In this document: piece after piece, positions 43,247-54,761 of the stretch
Position numbering within the stretch: the stretch's first letter is position 1
How the letters are laid out: the number at the start of each line of letters is the position of its first letter
Assembly (NCBI GenBank): GCA_965240325.2
Contig: OZ251240.1
Coordinates: 744,001 to 808,000, forward strand
Direction of reading: 5' to 3'
Source of the DNA: Rebecca billardiae RCC1528
Taxonomy: Eukaryota; Protista; Haptophyta
DNA: 64,000 nucleotides
Notes under the pieces: model-generated
What the model was told of the DNA's origin: nothing
Databases searched by the model: none
Seen by the model: the letters and a program-made list of their open reading frames with translations, nothing else
Position numbers and translations under genes: made by a program

Positions 43247-46200
43247 ATGCCGGCCATCGCTGGCGTCATCAGGGGGCGGCCAGGCGCGTCGGCGCTCGTC
43301 GATCCTGCACAGAGCGCCACGCTGCGCGCGCGCCTGCAGGCCCGGCCGGGCTCGGGGCAAACTGCCTTCCCGGGCGGCGGCTACACGCCGACGGCGCGCG
43401 TGCACGCGCGAGCGCCTGCGCCGCCCGCGCACTCGGCCTCATACCAGCTCGACGTCGCGCCGAGCACGGGCCGCGCGGCGCGCACGGCGGAGAACAAGGA
43501 CAGGTACATCTACGAGATGCAGGCGCGCGTGCGCGACCTCGAGATGCTACTCGCCGAATCGCTCGGCGCGGGCGCGCATGTCGACGGCAGCCTGCAGCCG
43601 CCGCACGCGGCGCCGCCGCGCGACGGCTCCGACGCGCACGCGGCGCGCGCGCGCGACGCGGTGACGCGGCCCGTGGATGGGCCCGAGAGTGAGACGCTCA
43701 GGCGTGCGCGCACGTACGACGGGCGGCTGCGCGCCGTGCCCAGCCCTTTGGCCCCTTTGCAGCGGCCTCAGTCGCCGCAGTCCCCGGAGGCGTGGGGCAG
43801 CTGGGGCGGCGCGCCCGTGCAGCAGCAGCAGCCGCGGCAGCAGCCGCGGCAGCAGCAGCAGCAGCTTGCAGAGGCGTGGGACAGCTGGGGCGGCGCGCCC
43901 GTGCAGCAGCAGCAGCCGCGCGGCGCACGGCGCGCCGAGCAGGCTGACGTGCCGCGCGCGCGCGGGCGCGCCGTGCAGCTCGGCCCTGCAGATGACTCCC
44001 GCCCGCCGAGCGCTCGCGCATCGCCGGACGGCCGCTCGCCGCCCGCACGCGGCGGCGCGCGGCGCGCCGAGCGTGGCAGCACGCTGCACCACTTCCTGCA
44101 CTCGGTCAAGTCGCCGCCCAGCTCGCCGCCGCTCCGCAAGTCGGCGGCGTCGGGCCGTGACGGCGCGCGCGGCGTCGCGTGGGCAGGCAGGCTGCGTGCG
44201 CTGCTGCAGGCGGACGACCGCCGCCGCCTCGCCGCGGCGATGACGGTGTGGCGCGTGCGCGACATGAGCACGGCGTATGCCCTGGCCGACAGGGCGCGTG
44301 CACATTCGGCCGACTCTCCGGCGGAGGCGTCGGCCGCCGCGCGCGCCGCGGCGGCGCGCGAGGCGTCGCGGCTGCGCGCTCTGCGCGTGCTGCTACAGGC
44401 TAATGATCGGCGCCGCCTCGCCGCCGCGATGGCGGGGTGGCGCGTGCAGGCGGCCGACGAAGCGAGGCTCGCACCGGCGGCCGGGCAGCGCTGGGCGCCG
44501 CCCGCGGAGCCGTCGCGGCAGCAGCAGCCGGCGGGGCAGCAGCGGGGCGAGCCGCGGGGCCTGTCTGTCTACGCGCCTCAGCAGCCCTCTCGCGCGCCGC
44601 CCGCGCCGCAGCAGCCGCAGCCGCAGCCCGTGGCTGCAGTCGCGGCGCCGCCGCCCGTGGCGCCCAGCGCGTGCGCGCACGCGCGGCCGCCGGGCAGTGC
44701 GCCCGCTCTTGCGAGCGCGCCGCACCAGCAGCCGCCTGCGCACGCGGCGTGCGCGCCTCCCAAGGCCCTGGCACACCCGAGCCCGGCGCCGCGCGCGCGC
44801 GGAGCGGGGGCGCCGCCCGCTGAGGAGCGCGCGCCCTCGAGCGCGCAGCTGTTGGCGGCGTCCACGCCCGCCGCGCGCGCCGTGCACAGCGCCACGCCCG
44901 CTCCGGCGGACGCGGCCGCCGCGGCCGCCGCGGCGCGCGGGTCGCGACTCAAGCAGATTGCGATCTCGCAGCAGGAGCAGCTAGCGCTCGCGGACCGCTC
45001 CGCAGCCGTGCGCCAGCTCTCGAGCTGGCTGCAGGCGCAGCGGCTGCGCTCGCTCGGCGCGGCGGTGCGGCAGTGGGCGGTGGCGAGCACGGCGGCGCCC
45101 GCCTCGCCACCGGGGCCTCGCGGGCGTGCCAGCCCTGCGCGGGAGCCCACGGCCGAGCGCTCGGCTGCAGGCGCAGCGCCGCACTCTCCCATCCGCACCG
45201 CGGCGCGACCGCCGCCGGCGCGCGTCGCGTCGGCGCCAGGCGGCCGACCGGTGCGGACGGAGGCGGCGAGCGACCGCGCGCACACCCTGAGCCCGGCCGC
45301 GCACGCGCGCGCGCCGCCGGCGCTGGCCTCAGCTGAGCGACCCGGCAGCGCCGCCGCGCCCAGCCCGCGCGCGGCGGCGGCGTTGCCTCCGGCGCCGGCC
45401 GGCAGCGAAGCGGTTTCAATCCGGCTGCGCGAGCACGGGCTGGGCGCCGCGCGCTATGCCACCGTGCCGGACTTGCGGCTGAGCGCGCGGCTGCCGCGCG
45501 GGGGCGACGGTGGCGAGCGGACGGCGCGCGCGCACGCGCGCACGCCCAGCGCGGCGGGGAAGGCGGGGGCCGATGCCGCCGCCTCACGTGTCCGCGTGGA
45601 GGATGCTTCGAGCCCTGGCAGCGCAGAGCTCGGCCCCCGCTGGGCGTCGGCCGCCACGCTGCGGCCAGCGGCGCCCTTCTCAGCGCCGCACTCGCCCTCG
45701 TCAGCGACCACGCCGCCGCCGCAGCTGCAGCGTGCCCAGTGGGGGCCAGGCGCGGCGTGGGGCGCAGACGTGCCGCCGGAGCGCGCCACGGCCGTGCGCG
45801 CATCCGCCGAGAGGCACGCGACCAGCGCACGCGGCCGACTCGCGAGCCCGCGGCGGCCGAGCTCTGCGCCTCGGGCCCGGCCTCCGGCTGCGCCCGACGC
45901 CGGCGCCGCGCACGGCCCAGTGAGCCCGCGGCTGCACGCGCTGGCCGCGCCGAGAGCGCGCGCGCCCAAGCTCTCAGCAGCAGCATGGCCGCCCTCGCAC
46001 GCGCGCGGCCCGCCGGACGCGCGCGACGCGCGCGGCGTGGGCCCAGAGCCGCGGCTGCACGTGCTAAAGGCGCCGAGGCCGCCCGCCGAGGCCGAGTACG
46101 GCGCGTCCGTCCTCGCTGCCGTGTGCACGGCGGGCGGCCTCGACCCGGACGACGAGGAGATGGCGCGCGGCGTGCTGCTGCCGCTGGCGCGCGCGGTGGG

Positions 46201-47010
46201 CTTTGGGACGGACGACAGGTGCGCGCGCGCCACACACGCGGCGCGCGGGCGGGCGCGCGGGCACCGCACCCGCGCGCGCGCGCGCCGACGCCGCCTCGCG
46301 CCCTGCGGCGTCGCGCACGCGCCCACAGCGCGCTCGCGGGCAGCAAGGGCCTCCTCTTCATCCTCGGCGCACATGCCGTGGTCGTGACCGAGCTCGTCAG
46401 CACCCTTGAGCGCGCGCGCCGCACCGCGGACACCCTCGGCGCCACCGCACTCGACGGGTCGGAGGTGCTGCGCCGCGCGCGGGCGCCGCGCGGGCGGCGG
46501 GCTGCCGAGTGGCGCGCGCGCGCGCGCGCGCGCGCGCGCGTACCGACTCTCCGGCCCGCCCAACCGCCTGCTCCCCCTCGGCCTGGCCGCGACGCGCAGG
46601 CTGCCTACCTCGCATGCGCGTGCGCGCTGCTCGACGCGCTCGTGCGCACCGGCGTCCTCGCCGAGCGCGCCGGGCTGGGCGCGGCGGAGTCGCTGGGTGT
46701 GGTGCGTGCGGCCGCCCGGCTAGCCAGCGAGCTGGCCCGCGGCGGCGGCCGAGAGTGGCAGGCCGCCGCCCCGCCCCGCGGGGCGTCGTACGTGGCGCGC
46801 GCGCTGCTGTGCTGCTCGCGCCTGCTCGCGGCCACCACGTCTACGACGGCGGCGAGTGCGCTGCCGGAGGGCGGGGGCGGAGCTGCGGCGAGGACGACGG
46901 CCGAGGCAGCCCTGCGCGCGGTGAGCCACCTCGCAGATACGGGCGCCGAAGGACCCGTCGCCAAGCTCGTGCACCGCGCGCGCACAGAGGCGTGGGCAGC
47001 GCTCCGATGA
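43247..47010 (+). CDS. Large low-complexity hypothetical protein with a helical C-terminal domain; exons ~43247-46218, 46329-46464, 46600-47010
   Basis: Coiled coil KDRYIYEMQARVRDLEMLL; internal repeats; introns 46219-46328 and 46465-46599 join in frame; start may be 43181. Confidence 0.6.
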
Positions 47011-48144
47011 GAACCTTTCCGAGGGACCGGCAGCGGCCGAAGCCAAGGAAAGATTCTCGACGAAGCCCGTCGAGCGTGTTCTTAGTCGGCGCTTCAAGCA
47101 AGTTCTATTTTTGAGATTGCGGCTCATGATTCCCACTATCTACTCCCGGCGGCCGAGCCTTGTCATACAGGCGACGCGCATCTCAGGGTATTGTTCTATG
47201 AACGCGCGGAATACGCGCCGTTTAACTGATTTTAGCAATCATCACTTCATCAAGCGCGCACATCAACTTCCATAACTCTTTACCCACCCGTGCATCCAGT
47301 CGACCCAGTCCTGGACTGCCCTGGAACACGCGGTGTGATCAAGAGCCACGCGATTCTCCCAACTGGCACAGCCAATCCCTGCTCGATAGATCTGGGTAGC
47401 CGGCTCAAAGCGCGGCCTGTGAGTGGCCACTCGCCCGAAGCGAGCCACGCGAGTGGCTCACAGCCCATCTCCAATTTCGCCGAGGACAAATTACTTTTGA
47501 AGAATCCGAGGCCGGGCGCTCCGGGTGCGCAACGGCCTTTGTGGTTCGCACCGACCGGCGCCGTAAGGCCACCACCGCGCGGGAACGCGCGCGTTCTGAT
47601 GCGTTGGTGTTAAGCGCCGCCCCACGTTGGACCGGCGCATGGCCGACGGCGCGCCTCTCTCGCGCTCTCCGTAGCGAGAGATGGCGTGTACGCGCGCAGG
47701 GACGTGTCGTCGCGCGCGCCTTGGAGTCGAACGTCGCTCTGCCCGCCGACGCAGCCAGCTTGGCCCCTCTTCGCGCGCGCTGCGAGCGACGCGCTCGAGC
47801 GCGCGTGCATGGCCCGAGCCGCGCGCGCGCCGCGCGCGCCACGCGCGCGCCGGGCCGTGCACGTGTGCACGGCGCAGCCGGCGCAAGGTCGAGAGGAGCG
47901 CGTGCCGAAGTGCGCGCGCCCCTCGCACAGCCTCGCATGCGCCCCGCACGCGCGCCAGCGCCGGCCGTCGGCGTGAGTCCGGTTGGTGAGGCTGCCGGCC
48001 CGGACTGCGCTGGGGGTACCGCGCCGGCTGGGCGTGGCGAACGGTTGCGGGCGTCCGCTTAGGCTCTGGCCCGGGAACGCGTTTGGCCAGTGGGACAGCG
48101 GGCGGCCGCCCAGACGCTGATTCCCGTCTCCCGGCCACGACCAG

Positions 48145-49362
48145 CGCTGGAGTGCACGTCTCCCGTCCGCTGCGTTGGACGCTGGACGCCGCCCGCGCGG
48201 AGCACTGCAACCGGCGTTCCGCGATGGGCTCGTGTACTGTGGCGTGCGGACACCCGGGTGCGTCGCGGCGCGGGCGAGCTGCGGCAGCGCACCCGTGGCC
48301 CTGCCGACCTGCTCCCGCCCGCGCGCCGCTCACCGCGTCCGCGCTCCCCCTCCGCGGCCCCGCCGATGCGCCACCTGCTTCTCGCTTCCAGGCTGCGGCC
48401 GCCGCTACGGCCACCCGGACGCTGCGCGGAAGCACGCGCGGAGGCACCACGCGGAGTGGGTGGCGCTGCGCGACGCAGAGAAGCTCCCGTGCTACACTCT
48501 CGTCGGCGACGACGACGTCAGCATGCCGCTGCCCGTGCACCGGCAGGCGAGCGACGTCGGCTCGGACTGCGGCAGCCTCTCCGTGCCGATCCAGCGGCCG
48601 ATCCAGAAGAAGCCGCCGAAGGCGAAGATGGCGCGCTCGACGAGTCTACCCAAGGACATGGACGCGCGCGCGCGCAGCGCGCTCTGGGGGCCGGACGGGC
48701 TCCCGCCCGCGTTTGGCGCGGGCCGGGCTTTCGACGATGCGACGTCGGTCATGATGCACGGCCACGGCACGCAGCGCTCGCCGAACGCCTTCCAGCTGCT
48801 CGTGGCGGCGGCGATCGCCGCGTCGGACAACGACGAGTCCGAGACGCCCTCGCCGCGCTCGATCCGCCCGATGGCCGACGCGGAGCACTCGGACGCGGTC
48901 ACGGAGATGCGCGCCGCCTCGCCGCTGCCCGAGCCGATGAATGCGGACGACACGGACGAGCCGATGAGCGGCGCCGGCATCGACGGCGGCGAGGGCGCGT
49001 CGGCGGCGGATCGGGGCGTCGCGTCGCCCGCGTCGTCGCGCCTCATGCCGCGTGCGCTCGCGAGCACCGGCGCCGCGCCGTCGATGGAGGCGGATGCGAC
49101 GGGCGCGGTCGCGTCCACGGCGGCGTCGGCAGCGGGAGCGCCGCTGACCCCGACGGCGTCACACGCGCAGGACGACGCGGAGTCGCGCCCGGCCGCGCAC
49201 TACGCGTCGCGCCACTCGGAACCCGTGTCGGCGAGCGGCTTGGCACCGCCGTACTTCCACGCGCACTCCTCCTCCGACGGATTTCAGTTCTCCGCCGCGG
49301 CTGCCGGCGCGAGCCGAGGAACCTATGCGCACGCGACGCAGGCACAGCTGACGGCAATGTGA
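48145..49362 (+). CDS. C2H2-type zinc-finger protein, putative transcription factor; 5' end unresolved
   Basis: VYC...GCGRRYGHPDAARKHARRHH interrupted by an intron-like segment ending TTCCAG at 48391; NAFQLLVAAA motif; acidic Ser/Ala-rich tail. Confidence 0.6.
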   Translation, partial: RWSARLPSAALDAGRRPRGALQPAFRDGLVYCGVRTPGCVAARASCGSAPVALPTCSRPRAAHRVRAPPPRPRRCATCFSLPGCGRRYGHPDAARKHARRHHAEWVALRDAEKLPCYTLVGDDDVSMPLPVHRQASDVGSDCGSLSVPIQRPIQKKPPKAKMARSTSLPKDMDARARSALWGPDGLPPAFGAGRAFDDATSVMMHGHGTQRSPNAFQLLVAAAIAASDNDESETPSPRSIRPMADAEHSDAVTEMRAASPLPEPMNADDTDEPMSGAGIDGGEGASAADRGVASPASSRLMPRALASTGAAPSMEADATGAVASTAASAAGAPLTPTASHAQDDAESRPAAHYASRHSEPVSASGLAPPYFHAHSSSDGFQFSAAAAGASRGTYAHATQAQLTAM

Positions 49363-50602
49363 AGCGGCACGGCGGGCAGCCCGCCGCGCGGACGCTCAGC
49401 CTCGCTCGCTCTCCCGCCCTCATATCTGCGTTGTCACTCGCCCTGCCTACGCCCGTGCTCCGGCCGGCCGCTTTCCTGCACCTCCTTCCATCACGTCATC
49501 CAGCGGCCGCCCGTGTGCTTTGTTACACGCGCTCACGGCGCGGTCGGCGCCGCCCGGTCGCGCCGCGTGCTACTGGCTTGCTTCCGAACTTAGCTGCATT
49601 TTCGTGCGCGCCGTCGCCTCGCCTCGGAGCTCACGCTTCGCCCGATGCGGCGCGCGTCCCTTTGACGACATCCACTCCCACCAGCCCGCTTTCCCTCATG
49701 GGCTGGCTCTTCTCTTGCGCGCGCGCCCCCGGGCGCCGCGCACGGGCGGTGGTGCCATTGGCGCCGCTGTCCCGTCGCCACGCTGGCACACTCTGCATCA
49801 ACCAGTCCTCGTTCAACCGTCAGTCGCTGTACGCGGCGTGCCCGGGCCAGCGGCTTGCCGCTCGGTCTGGTGGGCTGCATCTCGCGCCATGCGGCGTCCT
49901 CGCACGCCTGCTCTTCGCCAGTCGACCATCAACCACTCACCACGACACGATTGACGGGGCGGCCACGACGGTGCCGGAGACCCGCGCCCGATCCGCCTTG
50001 AAGTTGAAGTTGAAACCGGCCCGGGCGATCGGAGCTGCTACGGCGGCTCGTACTAAGCTGTTCGCAAAAGGGGCAGTGTCTCCAACACGTACAACCTGCT
50101 GGTTTACGGGCGTTTAGACATGAATCGCTGAACTCGGTCCCTACCGGGGGCCGTCGCAATCGTAAGTTGCGCCTCTGCGCCCGCCGTTCCGAAGGCGTGG
50201 CAGCCGCTGCCCGCGCCGCTGCCGGCCCGGCGGCCCGAAGACCAGTGTCCGTGAAATCGCAGTGATGCCCGAGCCCGAGGACAGCCGCATCAGTTCCACT
50301 TTGCGCGGCCCAGGCCACTCGGCCCAGCGCCGACACCAGCAGACACGAGGCGTCGTCCTGACGCTATGCTGAGCCATCGCCATCGCGCACCACTTGCTTC
50401 GAGTCAGACAATGCCAAGCATGATCCATGGTCAGTGCCGGTTGCCGGTTGGGCGCGTGTGGGCGGCGTGAAAGGCCAGAAAAAGTGTGTCCGCCGGCCGC
50501 GTGCTGAGCGTGTGTCAGCCTTCTCGAAGCACTCACGAGGCGGACACTGCGAGATCCATATCGCGACGACACGGGTGCCCGCTGCCACGCGGACATGCGA
50601 CA

Positions 50603-50839
50603 TCATCGGCTGTCCTTCGGCTGCGCGGCCGTGGTGCGAAAGTAGTCGCGTGCGAAACCAAACACGTCGACCGGCTGCTGCACGAGGCAGGAGGAGACGA
50701 AGTCGTTGAGGAGCTGGTTGACCTCGGGATGCTGCCTCAGGTACTCCTCATTCTCCGCGCGAAGCTCGGCTCGGCGGTCCTCCTGCAAGCCGCTCATGGT
50801 GAAGTCGAGTCCAACAGCAAGCGCGTTGCCGTCGGGCAT
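50603..50839 (-). CDS. RIIa/Dpy-30 docking-domain protein (RIIAD1-like)
   Basis: ELRAENEEYLRQHPEVNQLLNDFVSSCLVQQPVDVFGFARDYF. Confidence 0.85.
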   Translation of the reverse strand: MPDGNALAVGLDFTMSGLQEDRRAELRAENEEYLRQHPEVNQLLNDFVSSCLVQQPVDVFGFARDYFRTTAAQPKDSR

Positions 50840-50928
50840 GAAACTGCTCCCGGCCCGAGCGAAAAAAAGAGCCCTGCAAATAAAAGTGCAAAAGTTTTTC
50901 CGACCGCGCTCACAACTCGTCCCCGAAT

Positions 50929-51500
50929 CAGGGGCGTTGCGCCAGCTGGACAAACGCGAGGACGCTAGCTTTCGTAGATCACGAAGCTACGGAGGGCCTC
51001 TGACGAGAGTCGCCTTCGGATCGGGGCCCTCTCCCGCTGTGCCGCATCGGCGCACGCTCGGTGGGCTACGTTTGCGCACGCCGTGCAGCTCGCGGTGCGT
51101 GCGCGTCGGCTAGCTGGCACACTGCTCCTGACGCACAAGTCGAATGACCGCAGCTGGGATGCCCTTTCGCGCGGCAAGGACGCGTGCGAGGCCGGTCGCT
51201 GCGGCCGAGCGGCGTGACCGTGCCGCCTGCACGCTGGGCGCCCATGGACGTGGCTTCGCCGCGCGCGCTGAGGCTGGCGAGCGTCGCGACCGAGTTCCAC
51301 GACGCGTGCGACGCGCCATCTGCCCGCTTCCGTGCCTCCGACGCACGTTTTATGCGGGCAACGGCCATCGCCCGCCCATGCGGCGGCGAAGCCGCCATCC
51401 GCCGCGCTTTGCCGTTGGACAGAGCGCAGAACATTTCGTTTTGAAAAGCGCAGATCTGAAAAGACCGGAGGGCGTTTGTCCAGCTGGCGCAACGCCCCTG
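50929..51500. mobile_element. MITE-like element (572 bp) with perfect 29-bp TIRs
   Basis: CAGGGGCGTTGCGCCAGCTGGACAAACGC at 50929-50957 and its exact reverse complement at 51472-51500; no TSD visible. Confidence 0.7.
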
Positions 51501-51644
51501 TGTTGATGGCGCGAATCCTGTCGATAGCAAAGATGCCGCGGCCGTCCGGCCGTGTCGAGAGTGGACGGGCGCGGTGCGCCTGCGGCCAGCCGTCCGCCCG
51601 CAATTTGATGAGCGCGTCAGCGCGAATCCCCACAATCTAGATAT

Positions 51645-51693
51645 TACAGTTTACTAAGAATAAGAGACGCACACAGCTCAGGCAGGCGAGATT
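51645..51693 (+). repeat. 49-bp dispersed element, copy 1, abutting ATG 51694
   Basis: TACAGTTTACTAAGAATAAGAGACGCACACAGCTCAGGCAGGCGAGATT; 48/49 identical to 57015-57063. Confidence 0.9.
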
Positions 51694-53119
51694 ATGGATG
51701 CCGACCTGCCGGAGGCCGTCGTGGACATCGAGTGCAGATGGGGCTCGACGCGCTTTTGGATTCTCGAGTGCGACGCGTCGCTCACTGTGGCCGACGTCAA
51801 GCTTGTTGCCGCGGAGGAGACGTGCGTCCCTGTCGAGCGCATCAAGCTGGTCGGCCTGAAGGTCGCCGCCACCAATCGGCCTGCGGCGGACGATACGCGC
51901 CTCGCAGATGTGCGCACGACCACGCGTGGGCGCGACTCTGAGCAGCCGCCCGTTGCGTCGTGCATCGTCATGGGGACGCCGGACGAACTTGCCCTCGCCC
52001 CGCCAACGCCTGCGCAGCACGACGACGTGGTCGACGACCTCACCGACTCCTCCGAGCGTCGCGCGCCCGGCGTTGAGGTCATGTCCGCGTTCCAGTGGCG
52101 GCTGTCGCGGGGCATGGTGTTGCCACCGTACGCCAACCTCGAGCTCGTCTGGTCGGACGACTTTGGCGACACCGCCTCCTACCCGCACGACCGCATGCCG
52201 CCTGACGCGGCCAAGTGGGAGGCAGACACCGACTGCAACAAGTGGGTGAGCGCGGCGACGCACGGCGAGCTCCAGCTGTACACGCCGCTGGAGGCGGGCA
52301 ACGCGTACGTCCACCAGGGCGCGTTGCAGGTCGAGGCTCGCCGGGAACCCACGCGCGAGGGGCTGCGGTACACCTCGGCACGTCTCAGGACGCGCGGCCG
52401 CGGGGATTGGCAGTACGGCCGCATCGAAGTCTGCGCAAAGCTCCCGCCCGCGCGGCGCGGTCTCTGGCCGGCGATCTGGCTCCTGCCCACGGAGAGCGCG
52501 TACGGCCCGTGGCCGAACTCAGGAGAGATCGACATCGTTGAGCACGTGGGGTTTGAGCCCGGCGTCGTCTACGGCTCGGGTGCGCCACTGTGGCGCGTCC
52601 GAGCGTGCAAAGTGCTGCGCGCCGTGCGCGAGCAGCGAATGCCGGGCGCCGCGTCTGATCGCGAGCGCCGCGCCCTTGCCTCCGACCTTCCGCCGACGGC
52701 GCGCGGTACCGCGGGCGCTTGCAGTCCACACCGCGCAGCGCAACGGGCGCAAGGGCAATCACTCGCGCAGGCGCGCGCACGTGGCCGACGCGCACGCGGC
52801 ATTCCACGTGTATGCCGCGGAGTGGGAGCCTGGAGAGGTCCGGTTGTGTGTCGACGACAGGTGCTTTTTTCGCGCGCGCCGGCCGGCCTTCACGCCAGCC
52901 GCAGGCGAGGGCACGAGCTGGGCGCAGTGGCCCTTTGACCAGCAGCGCTTCCACCTCGTGATCAACATCGCAGTCGGTGGTCGGTGGGGCGGCCGACACG
53001 GCGTCGACGACGCGGCGTTCCCGAGCGCGCTTCAGATCAAATACGTCCGGGTCTTTCAGCTGCCGGATGCGCAGGCTGATGTCGTCGCATCGGATGGAAT
53101 CGCCCCCGCCAGCGGTTGA
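51694..53119 (+). CDS. Ubiquitin-like domain fused to GH16 beta-1,3-glucanase (laminarinase-like); exons 51694-52579, 52725-53119
   Basis: UBL: TVADVKLVAAEETCVPVERIKLVGL. GH16: LVWSDDF, ELQLY, YTSARL, YGRIEVCAKLP, WPAIWLLP, WPNSGEIDIVE, FHVYAAEW, WPFDQQRFHLVINIAVGGRWGG. Confidence 0.9.
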
Positions 53120-53128
53120 TGGGTGAGA

Positions 53129-53191
53129 GGCGCAGACTGCAGACTGCGCCCGTCCTGTCCTGACGGACGGGCGCAGTCTGCAGACTGCGCC
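53129..53191. other. 27-bp inverted repeat (one mismatch, 9-nt loop) just after the GH16 stop codon
   Basis: Arms at 53129-53155 and 53165-53191. Confidence 0.85.
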
Positions 53192-53385
53192 ACGGTGCCG
53201 CACGGGCTCTCACCGGCCAGCAGCTGAATGCTGATGCGCTCCGATGCTCTGAAAGGCCTGTGCCCGCCCGGTCACCCGGATGCAGCGGTGCACTGATGCG
53301 ACCTGCCGGAGACCGCAGTGGCGATGCGTTCCTGCGCACGCCGTCTGACCGCGCGCCGGCCGTGCTCGCGCAGCCGCCAGGGTCG

Positions 53386-54654
53386 TCACGCCATCGTAGG
53401 TTCAGACTGCTGAACTCGTCCTCGATCGAGAGCGAGCTTAGCAGCGCGGCTCGCAAGGTGCTGCCAGTGCGCGTACTCGGCGCTGGCGCCATCGTGCAGC
53501 GCACGCGTGTCCACGGAGCAGAAGAGGCGGCGCGCCACTCTGGCCTCCTCAAACGCGCGCGAGAATGCCGCCGCGTCGTGCCAGTCTGGCAGCAGACGTG
53601 CCTCGTAGTGCTCGCTGCGCGCGCGGAGCGCCTCGGTCGCCGACTCGTTCAGGCACTCACGGGGAAGCGGCTGCCGCTTCCGCACCGCCACGCGGAGCTG
53701 GCCGTGCGTCAGCGCGCGCAGCGCAAGGTCTGCTGTGGCGCCGTCGCGCAGCTCCCGGCGCACGTCACCGCGCGCTACTACGGCCATCAGTACGTCGAAC
53801 AGCGTGAGGTTGTAGGATCGATTGATGAGGCAAGATGTGCGTGCTGAGGCGGCGTGTCCTGTGCTGCTGTTGCGCGCACGGGCGCACGCCGCCCGTGCTG
53901 GCAGCTGCTCGCAGAGCAGCTGATCGAGCACGCTGCCGCGCCGCGCGTCGTGCATGTTGAGAATGCGCACTTCGTCCCACCCGGCGTGCACGGCGTACCG
54001 CTCCATCACCGCCGCCGTCCATGTCGACTCTGCACGCGCCGAGGCGTCACTCGACAGCCAGTCCACCAGTCTGCTGTACAGCGCAGCGCGCTCGCCGAGC
54101 CGCAGGTGCGCCGTGCGCGACCCAGCGGGCTTGTAATTTTCGTTGTGCTTGCTGACGAACCACTCGTACAGCCGCCGGTACACCACGATCACCCGCACGC
54201 GCGCTCCGTGTGGCCGCATCAGCGCGAAGAGCGCGCTCACGTTCACCACTGGGCGAGCGAGATCTTCGGAGGAGATCAGCATACCGCACAGGGACGGTGG
54301 CAGCGTGCGCGCGGCTTGGCGCAGCTGCGCGTCGAACTGCGAAACTACCGGGTCGGAGAGGTTCAGTGGCCCATGTTCGAGCGCCCAGGCGAACCGCGCG
54401 TGCGCCTTGGGGCCGGAGTTCTCCGCGAGCGTGGGCACGACCACTCGATCGGTGTGTTCGAGCGTCGTGCGCAGCGGCGAGGGCGACGCCCGGCTGACGA
54501 GATGGCTCTGGACGAAGGACGAGGAGGTCTTGTGCGGACCGACGTGTACGTATGTCACGAGCGGCGCGGCGCATGGAGGTGGCCGCAGCGCCGCATACGT
54601 CGACGCGTGGAGTGATGCGCCCAAGAGGAGCAGCGCGGGTCTCGGCCCGGGCAT
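53386..54654 (-). CDS. Sulfotransferase-like P-loop protein with signal peptide or anchor
   Basis: YVHVGPHKTSSSFVQSHL (5'-PSB-like), MLISSEDL, VIVVYRRLYEWFVSKHNE (3'-PB-like). Confidence 0.65.
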   Translation of the reverse strand: MPGPRPALLLLGASLHASTYAALRPPPCAAPLVTYVHVGPHKTSSSFVQSHLVSRASPSPLRTTLEHTDRVVVPTLAENSGPKAHARFAWALEHGPLNLSDPVVSQFDAQLRQAARTLPPSLCGMLISSEDLARPVVNVSALFALMRPHGARVRVIVVYRRLYEWFVSKHNENYKPAGSRTAHLRLGERAALYSRLVDWLSSDASARAESTWTAAVMERYAVHAGWDEVRILNMHDARRGSVLDQLLCEQLPARAACARARNSSTGHAASARTSCLINRSYNLTLFDVLMAVVARGDVRRELRDGATADLALRALTHGQLRVAVRKRQPLPRECLNESATEALRARSEHYEARLLPDWHDAAAFSRAFEEARVARRLFCSVDTRALHDGASAEYAHWQHLASRAAKLALDRGRVQQSEPTMA

Positions 54655-54761
54655 GTGTTTGTACTCTCCTCTCTCCTCCGGACTGCGCCGCCATCGTCGC
54701 GAAATTGCATCGTCCCCGTACATCAATAAATACAGTTTATAACGTGCACACTTGGTTACCT

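Noticed and set aside
47220-47613. TTAA-flanked piggyBac/Kolobok-like element
   Set aside because: There are no terminal inverted repeats inside the TTAA sites.
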